Source: Podarcis erhardii (lineage: Eukaryota). From it: a stretch of 64,000 bases of DNA. Shown here piece by piece: positions 1 through 42,374 of the stretch. The DNA lies in the NCBI GenBank assembly GCA_964252035.1, contig OZ176206.1; one strand, written 5' to 3'. Numbering within the stretch: the stretch's first letter is position 1; each line of letters starts with the position of its first letter. Below the pieces are notes generated by a model. It saw only the letters and a list, made by a program, of their open reading frames with translations. It ran no database searches and was not told where the DNA came from. A program made the translations under genes and the position numbers.

Positions 1-32812
<32,812 letters not shown>

Positions 32813-32983
32813 TTCATCGCTGGATGCCTACGAAAGCGAGAGAGCAACAGGTGACACATTGTCTGAAAAGTTGGGGCGAGTCTCCTCCAAGTTCCGGTAC
32901 TGGACACAGAGCTGGGAGCATCAGCACTAGGGAATGGGAGGAAACCTGGTTTATGGGCTCCACCTTCCATCAGCCACAGACAT

Positions 32984-33579
32984 GGGCGTAGCCAGGATTT
33001 TTGTTAGGGGGGGCAGGCTTTTGTTAGGGGGGACAGAACCTCAGATTTGTATTGAATCATAGAATCATAGAGTTGGAAGAGACCACAAGGGCCATCGAGT
33101 CCAACCCCCTGCCAAGCAGGAAACACCATCAGAGCACTCCTGACATATGGTTGTCAAGCCTCTGCTTAAAGACCTCCAAAGAAGGAGACTCCACCACACT
33201 CCTTGGCAGCAAATTCCACTGTCGAACAGCTCTTACTGTCAGGAAGTTCTTCCTAATGTTTAAGGTGGAATCTTCTTTCTTGTAGTTTGGAACCATTACT
33301 CCGTGTCCGCTTCTCTGGAGCAGCAGAAAACAACCTTTCTCCCTCCTCTATGTGACATCCTTTTATATATTTGAACATGGCTATCATATCACCCCTTAAC
33401 CTCCTCTTCTCCAGGCTAAACATGCCCAGCTCCCTTAGCCGTTCTTCATAAGGCATCGTTTCCATGCCTTTGACCATTTTGGTTGCCCTCCTCTGGACCC
33501 GTTCCAGTTTGTCAGTGTCCTTCTTGATTTGTATTGCTTGGGGGGGCAGTTGCCCCCCCACCCCTCCTTGGCTATGCCC
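32984..33579. mobile_element. MITE (TIR GGGCGTAGCCAGG / CCTTGGCTATGCCC) interrupted by a CR1
   Basis: Imperfect terminal inverted repeats at 32984-32996 and 33566-33579; a related mini-copy at 46154-46210. Confidence 0.7.
33055..33525 (-). mobile_element. young 5'-truncated CR1 LINE
   Basis: Nearly intact ORF2 C-terminus (KKDTDKLERVQRRATKMVKGMETMPYEERLRELGMFSLEKRRLRGDMIAMFKYIKG), an (ATTCTATG)-type tail, and the 11-bp direct repeat GATTTGTATTG on both sides. Confidence 0.93.
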
Positions 33580-35763
33580 ATGGCCACAGCTAGCATGGCC
33601 TGATGGAGTGAGATGCTAGGAGTTTGGCTACTTCCTGCTGCTTCTTTAAGTTTGCCCCTTTGGCTCAGGACAGGAAATACCTTGCTCTCACCAACCATAC
33701 AGATAACTGCACCCTCCAAACTTAGAACTTTTCCAGTTGTTGAGTTCTGAATTCTGGAACAGATAGAGCTCCTTGAAGAGAACCATCAGAAGCCCCAATC
33801 CAGCAACAGTTCCGGAAAAACCAGGCCCCAGGGGGTAGAGTGGGAAATTCCCCTCACTGAGTAAGACAGCAAAGACAGAAGGAAGAAGAGAGCTTCAGAG
33901 CACAGACACAAAGAGGAAGTGGGTACAGAACAGCTCAGTTAAGGACTGCTAGCATTTGTTTGCACACAGCAAGCTCTGATGAAGAGGAGCAGCAGCAGCC
34001 CTACGGGAGCTTTTCATTCAGCAAAGAGGAGGAACTTCTTCATGCTTGAGCTTCTGGATCATAAAAAGTTTTGTATTTTAAGTCTCTGAATGACAAGTGG
34101 GCAGGTAAGGTTAGAAGAAGAAGCAGGAACACCCCCTCCTGAATGAGTTTCCTCGCTCACTTTCTATCCCCCACAGAAGAGTGAGTTTGTTGATTTGCAC
34201 TAGCTACAGATCTCCAAGAGCAGGAAGACAGAGTTGGTTCACAACAGAGTGTGAGTCTAGCAACCAAGCAAGCTGCTCAGGAGGAACCAAACCAAGTCAG
34301 CTAATCATTAACACATTCAATCATTGCATATTTATTACTCTCCTTCAAACCCAGCACTCTGTGAAGGTGATAGGTGACACACATACCAATTCACTTCATT
34401 CCCTCCATGGTCTCAGATGCATTGAGAATGAGCCAAAAATTGAGTTAAACAGAACATAAGGTAAATTATAGGTGGATGGTGTTAGATCAATCCCACATAT
34501 GGGTACAGTTCTAGTATACCCAGAGAACATCAATGTTGGTAGTTCCTTTCAACAAAATGAGCAAGATGCAAACAAGAAGTCCAATAGTTCACACACAGCA
34601 ATGCAAGAGGCAGTGGCAAAAATCACTCAACATGCCTCATGACGTCTCTACATCAGCCGTTATCTGCATGACAGAGAGAGCTGTCCTCTCTCCTTTGTGA
34701 AATACTCCCATACTTCTTTGTAGAACTCTCTGGAGCTACTTTAAAGAGTCCCTATGTTTCCCACAGCAGTCCTTGCCACAACCAGGAAGAATCTACACAA
34801 TTCATTTGTGCGCACACACACACACACCTTTGTTTAAATAGTATCACTTAGGCTACAGTAAATCTTTACAAGTAGCTGCAGCAGTCAGCCAATTCAAGAA
34901 GCAAACTTGTCTCAATCCTTGCGCTTATGTATAGTGAGCACATAAAGAGCAGTTCCAACAGAAAAGCTGAATCCCAAACAATAAGCAACGCAATAAAAGA
35001 AGCAATACAAACTTCCCTATAATCTGAGCAAAGCAAATAAGTGGATGAACCTCCTTTGCATGTGTCCAAGGAACGTCATGGTGCCCCTAGTAGAGCCAAA
35101 GGCTATTCTGTGGGTACCTTAGAAAAGGAGGAAGGGCACCCAATGGTTTGATGCAGCCTCATCATACAGCAAGGCACTGTAGAGCAACACAACTGAAAAG
35201 CACACCCTATACAGACCGTCTGGACACTTCCACTGGCACAAAACGTAGCAATTTGTCCCACAGCTGAGTAGGTTAATGGCAGCCCAGCTCTCTGGGGAAA
35301 ACTCTACAGTGACTGCCAAAAAATAAGTCCAGGTGTCCATAGTCATATGAAAGCAACTCTTACCCAGTGTTAGAAACTGAGATATGAAGCTAGGAGCTAA
35401 ATGGCATCTTAAACCTAGGTTGTGGGTGCAACAACAGCACACTTTTAAAATAACAATGCAAAGCTGAAAATGAACAAACTGCAGCTAAAATATTATGTTC
35501 ATTTTTCACATTGTTTATTGCTTCCCCTGCTCACCCCCCCCCAATATTCTTAAGAGAGTCTCTTCTCCAGTCTTCTGAGAGTAGCTGGAAGTGGGGAGGC
35601 AGAAAAAGGTCCTTCTTTCCTTCCACTCTGCAGTTTTAATCTGAAATCTTAGGTGCAGTACTGTGTGCCCAGAGCTCAGAAACTGTTCACACTAATGAAA
35701 TTCCGTCACAAAATGCGCCTAAAACAATGGGAGTTTTGAACACTGCTCTCACTAACCTAGTAT

Positions 35764-35835
35764 ACTGCAGTTGTTTTGGACTACAACAGTACTGGCTAAG
35801 GATGATGAGAGTTGTGGTCCAAAACTGCTGAAGGG
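35764..35835. mobile_element. palindromic MITE-like repeat
   Basis: TTTTGGACTACAAC ... GTTGTGGTCCAAAA inverted arms. Related fragments lie at about 8380-8450, 30695-30760, 32090-32190, 49765-49860 and 57828-57890. Confidence 0.65.
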
Positions 35836-36461
35836 CAGGCAGCAGGCTAACGTAGTCTTCCTTAAAGGGCCTGAGGCCCTCTTCACCGTAGAGCAGTCCG
35901 CCTGATGGAAAGTAGATATCTTAAGGGCACCTTCTGAACAGACGAGCTCAGCTGCTGAGGTACTCAGAGAGACAACCCCTGCCCTCTTTAAAGCTTTCAA
36001 GGGACAAGACAGGCAGGCAGGCAGGCAGTGGGGCTGGAGACCCAGGGTGCCTGCGGTTTCCAAGCCTGTCGACATTATATACGCACACATACAGCAAAAA
36101 TATTTGGGGTTTGCTCAGGCCTTCCGTTTCTAAAGGTTTTGGCTGACTACTTCATCCCTTCATTTGCCACCTTCGCCTTTCCTGTAGCTTCGCGGGGCGA
36201 GGGTTGTTGCTGTTATAACCTGAAAAGCGGGATGGAACTAACAACCCCTAAAAACAAACAAACGAACGAATGTTTGTTTGTTTTTAAAAAGAGAAACTCA
36301 GGAGTGTTTTGTTTTTTAAAGCTGCCCGCTGATTTTCAAAATGTTGGAGAGAAGGAAGCCAGGCAAGCAAGCAAGCAAGCAAGCGGGTGTGGGTATCCGT
36401 ATGTGTCAATCACAGCAGTGGCCGGACCCCCCGCTTCCCACCCTCAAATCTACAGACTTAC

Positions 36462-36540
36462 CGGCGACGGTTACCAGCTTCTTCCCACTTCCACCTCCTG
36501 TAGTCATGGGTCATGTGACAAGTGACACGTCACGTGACAC
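36462..36540 (-). other. WWP2: putative non-coding exon 1 of WWP2
   Basis: Consensus donor CCG|GTAAGT at 36462/36461 in a CpG-rich promoter-like region upstream of exon 2. The TSS position is not determinable. Confidence 0.65.
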
Positions 36541-36984
36541 ATACTTCGGAAGTGGAAAGGGAGGCTACGGAGCCGAGACGGCTAGAGCGGAATGGCGGAG
36601 GAAGCGGTGGCTGCAGGGGATCCGACTTCCGGTTGTCGGGATGAGGCAGGAGTGGGAATCGCGTGTTCCCTTTCCAAGTTATGAGGTCTTGTCGGACTGG
36701 AAGTAGAAGTTTATTTCCCCGGGATTCTTTGGAGGCGGGTGGGCGGCATCAAAAGTATTAGATTAAAAGCCCGCCTTCAAACAATGCAATGCTCTGTCTA
36801 TTCTTTTTTAAGTCTAGGATGAAAGGCCGGTTTTAGAGGGGAACTACAACTCCCAGCATGCCTTTCTTCCGCGAACTATCCTGTGTCAGGCCCACAGTTC
36901 CCAGCATGCTTCACAATGGAGAGCGGGGGGGGAAGACTACACTTCCCAGAGTGCCCTGGGAGTCACAGTCTAAAGTGGGGCAAA
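36505..36984. promoter_or_regulatory. WWP2/NOB1 bidirectional promoter
   Basis: GTCATGTGAC 36510-36519, GTCACGTGAC 36529-36538, ETS motifs CGGAAGT 36547-36553 and ACTTCCGG 36625-36632, ZNF143-type ACTACAACTCCCAGCATGC 36843-36861 and ACTACACTTCCCAGAGTGC 36936-36954; CpG-rich. Confidence 0.8.
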
Positions 36985-37047
36985 ATGGCTCCCGTGGAGC
37001 ACGTCGTGGCTGATGCTGGAGCTTTCCTGCGTGGAGCCCCGCTTCAG
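36985..37047 (+). CDS. NOB1: NOB1 exon 1
   Basis: MAPVEHVVADAGAFLRGAPLQ, 63 nt. Confidence 0.96.
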
Positions 37048-37993
37048 GTACAGTGGGAGAAGGCTGAGAACGGCTGCCTAGCTTGGCCAGTGGCCCACTG
37101 GGGAGCCCCGCGAGAAAGGACCACAGGCCCAGGTGTATGCTTTACTTTGCGGTAGATTTTTGTTGGACCTGGAGACTTTTATTAGGCCATCCCGAGTAGA
37201 GAGAGAAAGCTGCCTAGACAGAGACTCTCCTTACGGCGCATGGCAGGTTGGGGTTGTGGGCCTGGAGATTGTTCCCTATCCCTTGACAGCTTCAGGCGGT
37301 TGGGAAGGGACACACACACACCCGCCTACCAAACCAAGGTGGCTCCTCAGAATGTTGCATGGGACTCCTGGTGTCCCCTCCCTTGTTGCAGGTGGCCCTG
37401 TTATGCTTCTCGGTATGTGGGCATCCCAGAACCCCCAGATTAGCTTTTGCTCCTAGAATGTGAGTAGTAGGTCAGGAGAGGTGTGGCTATAGGTCTGCCT
37501 CTCTCTTCCCTAACCTAGTTGCACACACACACACACCCCGGCCCGGCCCCCTTCCAGCCCTCAGGTTCCCGACCCACTTGCAACAGCTCTCAGCTGTGTC
37601 TTCCCCACTGGCAGGACATTGGCAAGAACATCTACACAATCCGAGAGGTGGTGACTGAGATCCGAGACAAGGAGACCCGCAGGCGGTTGGCAGTGCTGCC
37701 CTATGAGCTCCACTTCAAGCAGCCTTTTCCTGAATATGTAAGGCTTGGTGAGTAGCCTCTATTTCGTGGTCTGTGCTTCCTGCCCCTCTCCCACCCCATC
37801 CCCTCTTCCATGACTTGCCTTTTTCTTTTTGTAAGTAACTTTGAGCTCTTGACTGGAGAGCAAAGGGTGGTATTCAATTCTAGTCCTACTCAGGGTAGAC
37901 CCATCGAGATTAATGGACATGACTTACTTTCATTAATTTCAATTGATCTACTCTGCGTGACGCTTTGTTGACTATAACCCCAACTAACATGTG

Positions 37994-38027
<34 letters not shown>

Positions 38028-41000
38028 TCAGGAGTAGAAATCAAGTTGATCACCTACAATTGCTTCATTGTTACTTGCTCTTTGATGTGTTTTCCTGGTG
38101 CCCTCTGGAATTAGAGAAGCACTTTTTCCTCATGACCGGTTGTGATTTCCTAGTTTTGCCTCTGGGCTTGAACACTGAAATCCTCCTTTGTTTCTAGTGA
38201 CGGAGTTTTCCAAGAAGACGGGTGACTACCCCAGTCTTTCAGCCACAGACATCCAAGTCCTGGCCTTGACCTACCAGCTGGAAGCAGAAAATGTTGGTGT
38301 GGCTCACTTGAAGAAAGAGCCAGAGCAGAAGGTGGATCATACTTCTATTCTTATTTCTCTTTTGAAGGGGCCTTTTCCAGCAAAATATTTATTTACTATG
38401 ATGTTGGTTTTGCATCCTGCTTTTTAGGCAAATGTTTTCTTCCAAACAACTCACAGACAGAGAGGTCCTGCCCTTAGGCTTACACACTTTAAAAAACAAG
38501 ACACACAAGAGAAGGGGAAATTAGGGAGGGGGGGGGTGTTGACCAGATAGATAATGCCAGGAACCAAGTGGTGGGATGGGCACAGGCATTACTGTCTAGT
38601 TGGGGCCCAGATAATATTTCCTTGCTTGGACAGAGATGCTGTGTAAATGACCCTGCAGCCCTTGTTCCTCTGGCTCATGTCAGCATTTGCTCCTACCTTT
38701 CATCTGTGCACTCCCAGGGCAATTGAAAAAGGTTCTTTCTGCCAGTGAGGAGGGAAGTCAACTCCCTCTGTGGCTGATTGAGGAGGCCCCTTGTTGCAAT
38801 ATTCTTCCTAGCCAGTAGGAGGGGGCAATCCAGTTCCACATGAATGCAGGACACTCTTGCCACCAGCTGCATGTGTTAGCAACTTATGTTTTGTCTTTGT
38901 CTGTTTCCTGCTCCTGCAAATGCCAAACAGGCTGATTATGCACTGCCTGAATCCTGTCCTATGCTCTGCTGTGTCTTAAATGCCATTCTTCTTGCCATTA
39001 CTGCTCAAAAGCTGATCAGACTCTGGGATGGTAGGTTTTGTGAGGCTGCTGCTGCTGCTGCAAAAATCAACACTATGCCCTACCTGACCCACATCCCACT
39101 TTCTTTTCTCTCCCCACCCTGGATCCTTGCAGGTAAAACTCAGCTCAACAAAGCAGCACCCTGAGACACCTGTTCACGTTGCTGGCTTCCATCTACCTTC
39201 CAAGGTAATTGCCTCTGTGAGCAATCTGAAACTCTGCCCCAGTATTCATGGAAGGAGTATGAGCAGAGGGTAGCACACCTTGATGACTCACTGCCCCTCC
39301 CCTCCTCCTGGTTGCATGGGGTGTAATCTGGGAATGACCAGGTGTGCCAGTTGAGCCCTTGTGCTGGGAGTCCTTGATAGGCAGCATCTCCTCCTTGGCT
39401 TGTGTGAGGATCCAGTGACCATTCGGCCTCTACCAGAAGCCTAAAGGAAGAGGTAGCCACACACGGCTTTTCTCAGAGGGCCATGGAGGATGGGCAAATC
39501 GCTTAGTGGTGGAGCACCTGCTTTGCCTGCAAAAGGTCCCAGGTTCAATCCCAGCCAGCATCTCCAGGTAAACACCCCAGAGAGTCATTGCTGTCAGTCA
39601 GTGTAAGCAATCTGGAGCTTCTATATGACTGTTTCTTCTGGCAATTCATACATGTCAGCTTTTCTTCTGCCCAACTTTTCTTCTAGACCAAGTGCCCAGG
39701 AGGTGAGAAGAGTCCTTCCGTGGTGGGAAGCAGAAACTCTGCAGACTCCACAGGCCCTGAAACCTCTGAGTTTGGTTCCTTCCTGTTCTGGAGGAACCCT
39801 CTGCCCAGCATTGAGGAGGACCTACAGGACTTGCTGGTAAGAAGTCTGCCATTCTTTCCTTTCTTCCTGCCTCACTGGGACACAGGCACCACCTTAATCT
39901 CTGCAGCCTGGGAAGGTTCCGTGCTCAGCGGATCCGCTCCCAATTGGTCTGTTTTTTGCAGAAAGCGGATGCTGTTGTTATTGTGCCGGAGGACCCCAAA
40001 GGCAACAAGAGTAGTGGTGAGGAGGAGGAGCAGAGTGGAGAGGACAGCGATGACGAGGAAGGCTGGATCACGCCTAGCAACATCAAGCAGATCCAACAGG
40101 GCATGGGCCAGGCTGATGAGCCAGCTGGTGTGCAGGTTGGCTGTGTCACCACCGACTTTGCCATGCAGGCAAGTGTGGGCTGTGTGAGACCAGGTGGTCC
40201 CCAGGGCTTGAGGGGAGGGAGAAGGATGTATGCTTACCTTTTCGTCCTTGCTTCCATGCACCCAGTCTAGTCCTGTAAGCCTCCTGCTACATTCTTGTGC
40301 CTGCTACAGCTGCCTGGTCCAGGCTTCCTGGAGGCCCAGCAGAGGTTTTATGGTCTATGTTGGAAAAACATGATGAGAATAGGAGGGACAGAAAGGGTGG
40401 CTCATGAGCAGCAAGGGGTGACTTGGGTGGCAGCAGGAAGCTGAGAAGAGGGAATGGAAGTGGCCAGGTGAAGAGCAGAGGGATGAGAGAGAGGAGAAGC
40501 TCCAGGAGGTGGATTGAAGGCAAACAGGCAGTGGGACAAAAACAGGAAGGGGAGAGGGGAAGCAGCCCTTTGTGCTCCGAGTTGAGCAACCTGGCAGACC
40601 TGAAGGAGAGGAAACTGGGGACTCTCTTTCAACTGGAGAAGCTTGGTCAGCCCAGCAGCAAAAGAAGAGCAAGCATTTTGTGTTTTTTAAAAAGGAGAGC
40701 AAGCATTGCCTTATTTTAGCTCCAGCCCTTTCCAAGACCCCAGCCTATGGAGTATCCAAAGTCTGTTGAGAGGGACTTGCCCTGCACCAGCATCATGGTT
40801 GCTGATTGGGCTCCCTTCCCCTTCTCTGGTCTCTTTCCCACAGAACATTCTGCTGCAGATGGGCCTGCATGTGTTGGCAGTCAATGGCATGCTGATCCGG
40901 CACACCCGGAGCTACGTCCTGCGCTGCCACGGCTGCTTCAAGTATGTGATGAGTTGGTGGCTGGGCTGCAATCTCTGGCATATGGGCAACAGCTGGGCCT

Positions 41001-42060
41001 GTGTCTAGCCGTATTCAGGAGGTGCCCCCTGGGCTTGGGCAATGGGCTGCTGCCAAGGTTGTCAAGCTGCTGACCTGGCTTCTCTGCTTTCCTCCAGAAC
41101 CACATCAGAAATGACCCGGCTCTTCTGCCCCCACTGCGGGAACAAGACACTTAAGAAGGTGGCAGTGAGCGTGGATGATGATGGCAGCATCCACATGCAT
41201 TTTTCCCGGAATCCCAAGGTCTTGAACCCCCGTGGCCTCCGGGTGAGCAGCTCTGCTCTGGGCTTCAGTGTTCTTATGGGCTTCCCGCACTTGTTGTCCT
41301 CTCTGTTGGCTGCCTGTGCTCCCAGCTGAGCACCTGAGGCAAGAAGTAAGAGTCTGCAGCAGGCCATGATGATCGCTTCTGGGGCCAGAAGAAGAATCTT
41401 ATCTGGGCTTATTTCCTCCCAATGGCAAAAGTTCTGTGGCCAGTGCTTTAAGGAACTTGTTCCACTAGCACAACGATTTATGGTTGTGTAGCAATATTTC
41501 CCCCTGCATGTGTCCTACGCCTTCCCAAATTTTCTCCAAAGAGTTGGGGGAGCCCCATAACAGATTATGGGGGGGGGAGAAGATGTGGGGGTGTCTGTTG
41601 TGCAGCTGTCACTCCTCATGATACAACCATGAGTGGATTGGATACTACTGTAAGTAAAAATGTAAAACCGTAACTTGGAAAAAATATAACAAGGATGAAA
41701 GTCAAGTGTGAGGTGTCTCTCCCTGTCAGGGATGTGGGGCAGGGTGCATTGGGCCTTTTGGCTTCACTGTGTGCCTCTTTCTTTCCACAGTACTCTCTCC
41801 CAGCTCCTCAGGGTGGGAAGCATGCAAACAATCCCCACCTGACAGAGGACCAGCACTTCCCCCAGCAACGGCTCTCTCGCAAGGCCAGGCAGAAGACAAA
41901 CGTCTTTGACCCCGATTATATTGCAGGAGTTTCTCCATTTGCGGAAAATGACATCTACAGCCGGGCGGCCAATCTACAGATCCGGGATACGGCGCTGGGT
42001 GCAGGCAGGAGGCGTCTGAACCCCAACACAGCCTCCAAAAAATTTGTGAAAAAGAGATGA
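36985..42060 (+). CDS. NOB1: NOB1, PIN-domain/zinc-ribbon endonuclease for 18S rRNA maturation; gene span, 423 aa
   Basis: 9 exons total 1272 nt in a continuous frame. PIN motifs (VVADAGAFL, SATDIQVLAL), zinc ribbon CHGC...CPHC and C-terminus KKFVKKR* are present. Confidence 0.98.
37615..37747 (+). CDS. NOB1: NOB1 exon 2
   Basis: DIGKNIYTIREVVTEIRDKETRRRLAVLPYELHFKQPFPEYVRL, 133 nt. Confidence 0.97.
37865..37980. mobile_element. palindromic MITE in NOB1 intron 2
   Basis: Arms TCCTACTCAGGGTAGACCCATCGAGATTAATG / CATTAATTTCAATTGATCTACTCTGCGTGACG are imperfect reverse complements; GGGT...ACCC termini. Confidence 0.7.
37996..38025. repeat. (AC)15 microsatellite
   Basis: Perfect dinucleotide run. 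Confidence 0.95.
38198..38331 (+). CDS. NOB1: NOB1 exon 3
   Basis: TEFSKKTGDYPSLSATDIQVLALTYQLEAENVGVAHLKKEPEQK, 134 nt. Confidence 0.97.
39133..39204 (+). CDS. NOB1: NOB1 exon 4
   Basis: VKLSSTKQHPETPVHVAGFHLPSK, 72 nt; read by hand. Confidence 0.95.
39491..39627 (+). mobile_element. tRNA-derived SINE fragment (Squam3-like)
   Basis: GCTTAGTGGTGGAGCACCTGCTTTGCCTGCAAAAGGTCCCAGGTTCAATCCC (A/B-box-like head). Confidence 0.75.
39687..39836 (+). CDS. NOB1: NOB1 exon 5
   Basis: TKCPGGEK...EFGSFLFWRNPLPSIEEDLQDLL, 150 nt. Confidence 0.92.
39962..40168 (+). CDS. NOB1: NOB1 exon 6 (ends at a GC donor)
   Basis: KADAVV...EDSDDEEGWITPSNIKQIQ...VGCVTTDFAMQ, 207 nt; donor CAG|GCAAGT. Confidence 0.92.
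40844..40941 (+). CDS. NOB1: NOB1 exon 7
   Basis: NILLQMGLHVLAVNGMLIRHTRSYVLRCHGCF, 98 nt. Confidence 0.97.
41098..41242 (+). CDS. NOB1: NOB1 exon 8
   Basis: TTSEMTRLFCPHCGNKTLKKVAVSVDDDGSIHMHFSRNPKVLNPRGLR, 145 nt. Confidence 0.97.
41791..42060 (+). CDS. NOB1: NOB1 exon 9 (stop)
   Basis: YSLPAPQGGKHANNPHLTEDQ...KKFVKKR*, 270 nt. Confidence 0.97.
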   Translation, partial: YSLPAPQGGKHANNPHLTEDQHFPQQRLSRKARQKTNVFDPDYIAGVSPFAENDIYSRAANLQIRDTALGAGRRRLNPNTASKKFVKKR

Positions 42061-42205
42061 GGTGGGGAGAGATGCAACCACCCACCTGTCCCATTTGTCA
42101 ATGAAGGGAGGACAAGACTTTTGTTTCCTACAGCTTGTGTGAAGACAGGACTTTGCCCCTTGGCGCTACTTCCTGACTGCTTCCAAGGCAACAGACATTA
42201 GTGTG

Positions 42206-42374
42206 AATAAACGGCAAGCAGCAGGAAGGTGGGACGCAGACTGACAAAGTGATCTGGAAAGTGAGAGTGGCCCTCGTGTGGCAGAATCCATGTGATGTGC
42301 TCAGGTCTTGGGTGCATTCTAATGCAAAAGACTCGGCAGCGGTGGCTGCATGTTTTGTTTTGTTTTTTAATAAA
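42206..42374 (+). terminator. candidate NOB1 poly(A) signals
   Basis: AATAAA at 42206-42211 and 42369-42374; the second is followed by GT-rich sequence. Confidence 0.55.
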
